The position numbers and the translations under genes were made by a program. DNA of 64,000 bases from a bacterium (GTDB taxonomy: Bacteria > Patescibacteriota > Gracilibacteria > UBA1369 > GCA-2718715): assembly GCA_002718715.1 (NCBI GenBank), contig PBFJ01000041.1, forward strand, positions 28-64,027, read 5' to 3'. Below the pieces are notes generated by a model. The model was not told the origin of the DNA. It saw only the letters and a list, made by a program, of their open reading frames with translations, and did no database searches. Below, one piece after another: positions 60,928-64,000 of the stretch; the first letter of the stretch is position 1; the number at the start of each line of letters is the position of its first letter.

Positions 60928-62103
60928 TTAAATAACTAATGGTTCAATGTCCGTCCAAGTCGAATTATTTTTAAGACTTTTAAAAGCCGATTCAATTACT
61001 GCTGTTGAGTATATTGCTTCTTTTGCATCACAAACCCTAGTATCATTTTTAGAACTGAATTTATTTATTACATTAAATAAATAATTATTAATTGACTCAA
61101 TTCCATATCCCTCAAATATAAAAGAATCTTTATAAGAATAAATTTTAGTAAAGTCTGGATTAACCTCTTCTGTAAATGCATCGTCAGTTAAGATTTTTAA
61201 TCCTCTCTCTTTTTGTTCACAATCTAATCTTCCTTTAGTACCGACAATATGAAAATCTTGCTTTGACATTGAGGATGATTTATTGGATTCTATCCAACTA
61301 CAAATTATAAATTGATTAAAAGAAATGTTTTTATTAGTTTCCCACTCAATGTTACATTGAATACTATCGTAAGAATTAATGCCTTTTTTTATTAAAAAAG
61401 ATTTTTGACCTGACGCATTTACTCTTTTTGGGACTGCACCTGTTACATATCTCATAACGTCAACATAATGTACACCTAAGTAAGAAAAAATATTGCTTCT
61501 TTCTACCCAATTTTTAAAGTTTTCCATTGGCACCTCTTTTCTTTGAGTATATTCCGTATATGAGTAAAGAGGTTCACCAATAAGACCATTTTGAAAAGAA
61601 TCTCTGACATATTTTATTTGTCTATCAAATCTTTTATGAAATTCAACGAAAATAGGTACAGCTAATTTTTTACTTAATTCGTATAATTTTATAGATTCAT
61701 TAAGTTTTAAAGTAAGAGGCTTAACTACCATTAATGGAATTTTGGCTTTTAAAAGTGCCTCTGACCATTCATAGTGCAGATCATCAGGAATTGAAATAAT
61801 TCCAGCAAGAAAGTTTTTACTAATTTTATATTCCTTTAAAAATATTTTTGGTAATCCTTTGCAAAAAATAAATTTGTATTTTACAAGATCTTTTGTATCA
61901 ATTAATTTTTTCAAGGATTCATATTTTTCTAAAAAATGATTTTTACTATTTTCTTTATTAATCGCAATGATTATTTTTACATTAATTTGATTTAATTTTG
62001 CGAATGAGAATATTGCAGGCAGAATAGTTCCATATTCTTTTTTATTCTTTCCACAAACATAGAATCCAGTCCCAACTAAAATTATTTCTAAAGATTTTTT
62101 CAT
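60928..62103 (-). CDS. Gfo/Idh/MocA oxidoreductase
   Basis: PDDLH, VVKPL, EFHKRFD, YLGVHYVD. Confidence 0.82.
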   Translation of the reverse strand: MKKSLEIILVGTGFYVCGKNKKEYGTILPAIFSFAKLNQINVKIIIAINKENSKNHFLEKYESLKKLIDTKDLVKYKFIFCKGLPKIFLKEYKISKNFLAGIISIPDDLHYEWSEALLKAKIPLMVVKPLTLKLNESIKLYELSKKLAVPIFVEFHKRFDRQIKYVRDSFQNGLIGEPLYSYTEYTQRKEVPMENFKNWVERSNIFSYLGVHYVDVMRYVTGAVPKRVNASGQKSFLIKKGINSYDSIQCNIEWETNKNISFNQFIICSWIESNKSSSMSKQDFHIVGTKGRLDCEQKERGLKILTDDAFTEEVNPDFTKIYSYKDSFIFEGYGIESINNYLFNVINKFSSKNDTRVCDAKEAIYSTAVIESAFKSLKNNSTWTDIEPLVI

Positions 62104-62105
62104 TT

Positions 62106-63116
62106 TTATTCAATAGATATTAAATCTAAGATATTTTTCATAACTGGAATACCTTTTTTTTCTCTTTCTTTCGAAAAAATGATTTGAGGATCATTTGGCA
62201 TTAATACGGGTTGATTCTTATTATTTGGATCTTGTTCTCTAACTTCATCAGACATTATTTTTAATGCCTCATTAAATACATCTGAATGTATATTGACATC
62301 ATTTCTAAATACAAGATAGAACTGACCTAAATTTCTATTTTGTTCAATAGATGAGCCATACATACTTGGTATATGCGGACCAAAAGGCATTCCTGAAAGA
62401 GTAGAACAAAGGACTTCAACCATTGAAGCTAATGCAAAACCTTTATAGTTTCCAATTCCAAGAAGTGCTTTTGCCTTTTCAGGATTATTGGTAGGGTTGC
62501 CTTCGGCATCAACGGCTACATTATCTTTAAGTGTTTCATTTTTTTCTTTAGATTCAAGTATTTTATTCCAAGGAATAAAAGTGGGAGCCATATCAACGCA
62601 AAATGGTTCTTCATTTTTTCTTGGAGCAGCAAAGCAAATTGGGTTTGTCCCAAAAAAAGAGTTTTTTCCTCCATAACTCTTTAATAATGAATCTGCATGA
62701 GTAAAAGAAAAGCTACAAAATCCATTTCTTGCCGCCTTTAATGAAAAAGAGGCCATAGCACCAGGATGACTCGAATTGAAGACAGAAATTGCTGAAATTC
62801 CATATTTATTTGCTAAATCCATTCCTATTTCTATACTTTTAAATCCTGCCGCATGGCCAAATCCATTATCAGCATCGAGGCCTACAAAAGCAGGAAATGT
62901 ATTTATTACGTCTAGTTTTGGATTGCCATTTATTCTTCCATTTTTTAAAGAATTAATATAATGCGGTAATAACCTGATTCCATGTGAATCTACCCCTCTT
63001 AAAGAAGTTTCAACTAATCCTTTGGAAACAGATTCGGCTGAAAAATCGTTAGCTCCGTTTTTAATTAAACATTCCTTTATTTTGATCTCTAAAATTTTAT
63101 GATCTATCTTTTTCAT
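62106..63116 (-). CDS. Ldh2 family (AllD/ComC/YiaK-like) 2-hydroxyacid dehydrogenase
   Basis: RGVDSHGIRL, DADNGFG, SHPGAM, GTNPI, DMA, YKGFAL; ATG at 63116 chosen because it avoids overlap with the upstream gene. Confidence 0.88.
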   Translation of the reverse strand: MKKIDHKILEIKIKECLIKNGANDFSAESVSKGLVETSLRGVDSHGIRLLPHYINSLKNGRINGNPKLDVINTFPAFVGLDADNGFGHAAGFKSIEIGMDLANKYGISAISVFNSSHPGAMASFSLKAARNGFCSFSFTHADSLLKSYGGKNSFFGTNPICFAAPRKNEEPFCVDMAPTFIPWNKILESKEKNETLKDNVAVDAEGNPTNNPEKAKALLGIGNYKGFALASMVEVLCSTLSGMPFGPHIPSMYGSSIEQNRNLGQFYLVFRNDVNIHSDVFNEALKIMSDEVREQDPNNKNQPVLMPNDPQIIFSKEREKKGIPVMKNILDLISIE

Positions 63117-63120
63117 AATA

Positions 63121-63828
63121 TTATTCAGAGTAATATTCAACTTTATTATTGTATGACTTGAATCCCTCAATAACTGATCTTATTAATTTAAAGTCATCTT
63201 CATTTTTAATAACTAAAGAGGTGAGCCTTGATTGTATTTCATAATATCCTACTGATCCTGAAAAGAAGCTGTATTTGTTTTTTAAATAGTTTTGTTTGAA
63301 AACTTTACTTTCCCAACCCATCATGGATGGAACAAAAGATTTAATTGGTTTTAAATCTTGAGTTTTTGAAAACTTGTCTTTAGTTGTAAAATTTATTGGA
63401 GATTCTTCAAATAAAGCTTGTATATAATTAGATTGGACTGAAAATAATGAATTAAAACCTTCTTGAATTAAAGTAGTAGTAAAGTTTATAATATCTTTTT
63501 TTGTCTGGAGCGGTGCTATTGCATTAAACCAAACAATATAATCACAATCAAATTGATTTATAAAGTCATATATAACGTCATCTGATTTCGCATCACTAGA
63601 AGAAAGTAAGGAATTTCTATTGTAATATTGCAAATTATAGTTTTCTGCAATTTTCTTAAAAAGAATATTATCACCATTAATGACAATTTGATCAAATATT
63701 TCTGAATTTATAGCAGATTCAATCCCCCACGCTAAAACTGGTTTGCCTTCTATAAGTGCTAGATTTTTTTGCTTAAATCTTTGTGACCCTATTCTTGCAG
63801 GTATCATACAAATAATTTTATTTTTCAT
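63121..63828 (-). CDS. NeuA/KdsB-family cytidylyltransferase
   Basis: MIPARIGSQRFKQKNL, KTQDLKP, IKNEDDF. Confidence 0.85.
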   Translation of the reverse strand: MKNKIICMIPARIGSQRFKQKNLALIEGKPVLAWGIESAINSEIFDQIVINGDNILFKKIAENYNLQYYNRNSLLSSSDAKSDDVIYDFINQFDCDYIVWFNAIAPLQTKKDIINFTTTLIQEGFNSLFSVQSNYIQALFEESPINFTTKDKFSKTQDLKPIKSFVPSMMGWESKVFKQNYLKNKYSFFSGSVGYYEIQSRLTSLVIKNEDDFKLIRSVIEGFKSYNNKVEYYSE

Positions 63829-63918
63829 TTTTTGATTAATATAACAAAGACTGATAATGTAAGAAAAAATTTTTAAGTAAATTAAATCCTTTACATAGAA
63901 ACTTTTTAAAGTAAAAAA

Positions 63919-64000
63919 ATGAAATTATTAATACTTGGATCAAATGGACTTTTAGGTAATACATTAATAAAATATTTTTTTGAAAAAAACAATTATGAAA
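63919..64000 (+). CDS. RmlD-like SDR (dTDP-4-dehydrorhamnose reductase family), 5' fragment running off the window
   Basis: MKLLILGSNGLLGNTLIKYF, Rossmann GxxGxxG motif. Confidence 0.6.
   Translation, partial: MKLLILGSNGLLGNTLIKYFFEKNNYE

Noticed and set aside
1215-62961. Many short ORFs in the track (e.g. 1215-1463, 5683-5967, 9251-9700, 11433-11780, 29245-29574, 44150-44554, 50164-50451, 62488-62676)
   Set aside because: They lie antisense to, or out of frame within, well-supported genes and have no motifs; these are shadow ORFs
1-64000. CRISPR array, tRNA/rRNA, IS or integrase, anti-phage defence genes
   Set aside because: No regularly spaced repeats, structured RNA-like GC-rich segments, or recombinase/nuclease motifs were seen

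Overview
Very AT-rich 64-kb window that is entirely a cell-surface polysaccharide (LPS/O-antigen/glycoprotein glycan) biosynthesis island of about 55 genes. Gene style (fcl and ubiA motifs, AT content) suggests a marine picocyanobacterium such as Prochlorococcus; this is inferred, since no core marker gene is in the window. I saw no RNA genes, CRISPR arrays, integrases or transposases. Modules: (1) GT4 pair plus an HMGL-type aldolase/KdsB/HAD trio (3-6 kb); (2) a complete GDP-linked legionaminic-acid pathway with an elaABC/ptmFBA-like trio, an amidotransferase and a HisF-HisH fusion (6-20 kb); (3) a GDP-heptose pathway (gmhA, hddA, gmhB, hddC) with many tailoring enzymes: C-methyltransferase, ColD-type 3-dehydratase, 4,6-dehydratase, split ThDP enzyme, three Fcl-like reductases, a Cj1427-like C4-dehydrogenase and an L-2-hydroxyglutarate oxidase (24-40 kb); (4) a PglK/MsbA-type ABC exporter and fcl; (5) a complete mycobacterial-type polyprenyl-phospho-arabinose pathway (ubiA, HAD-flippase fusion, dprE1, dprE2, gtrA, GT-C candidate; 45-53 kb); (6) a FemAB/PLP pair, galE and a GT2; (7) a cytidylyltransferase / Ldh2 / Gfo / GT2-cytidylyltransferase-fusion operon (57.8-63.8 kb). 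The best candidate for a little-described system is a 2-oxoglutarate/L-2-hydroxyglutarate redox shuttle embedded in the heptose pathway. All family assignments come from motif recognition by eye, not database searches.
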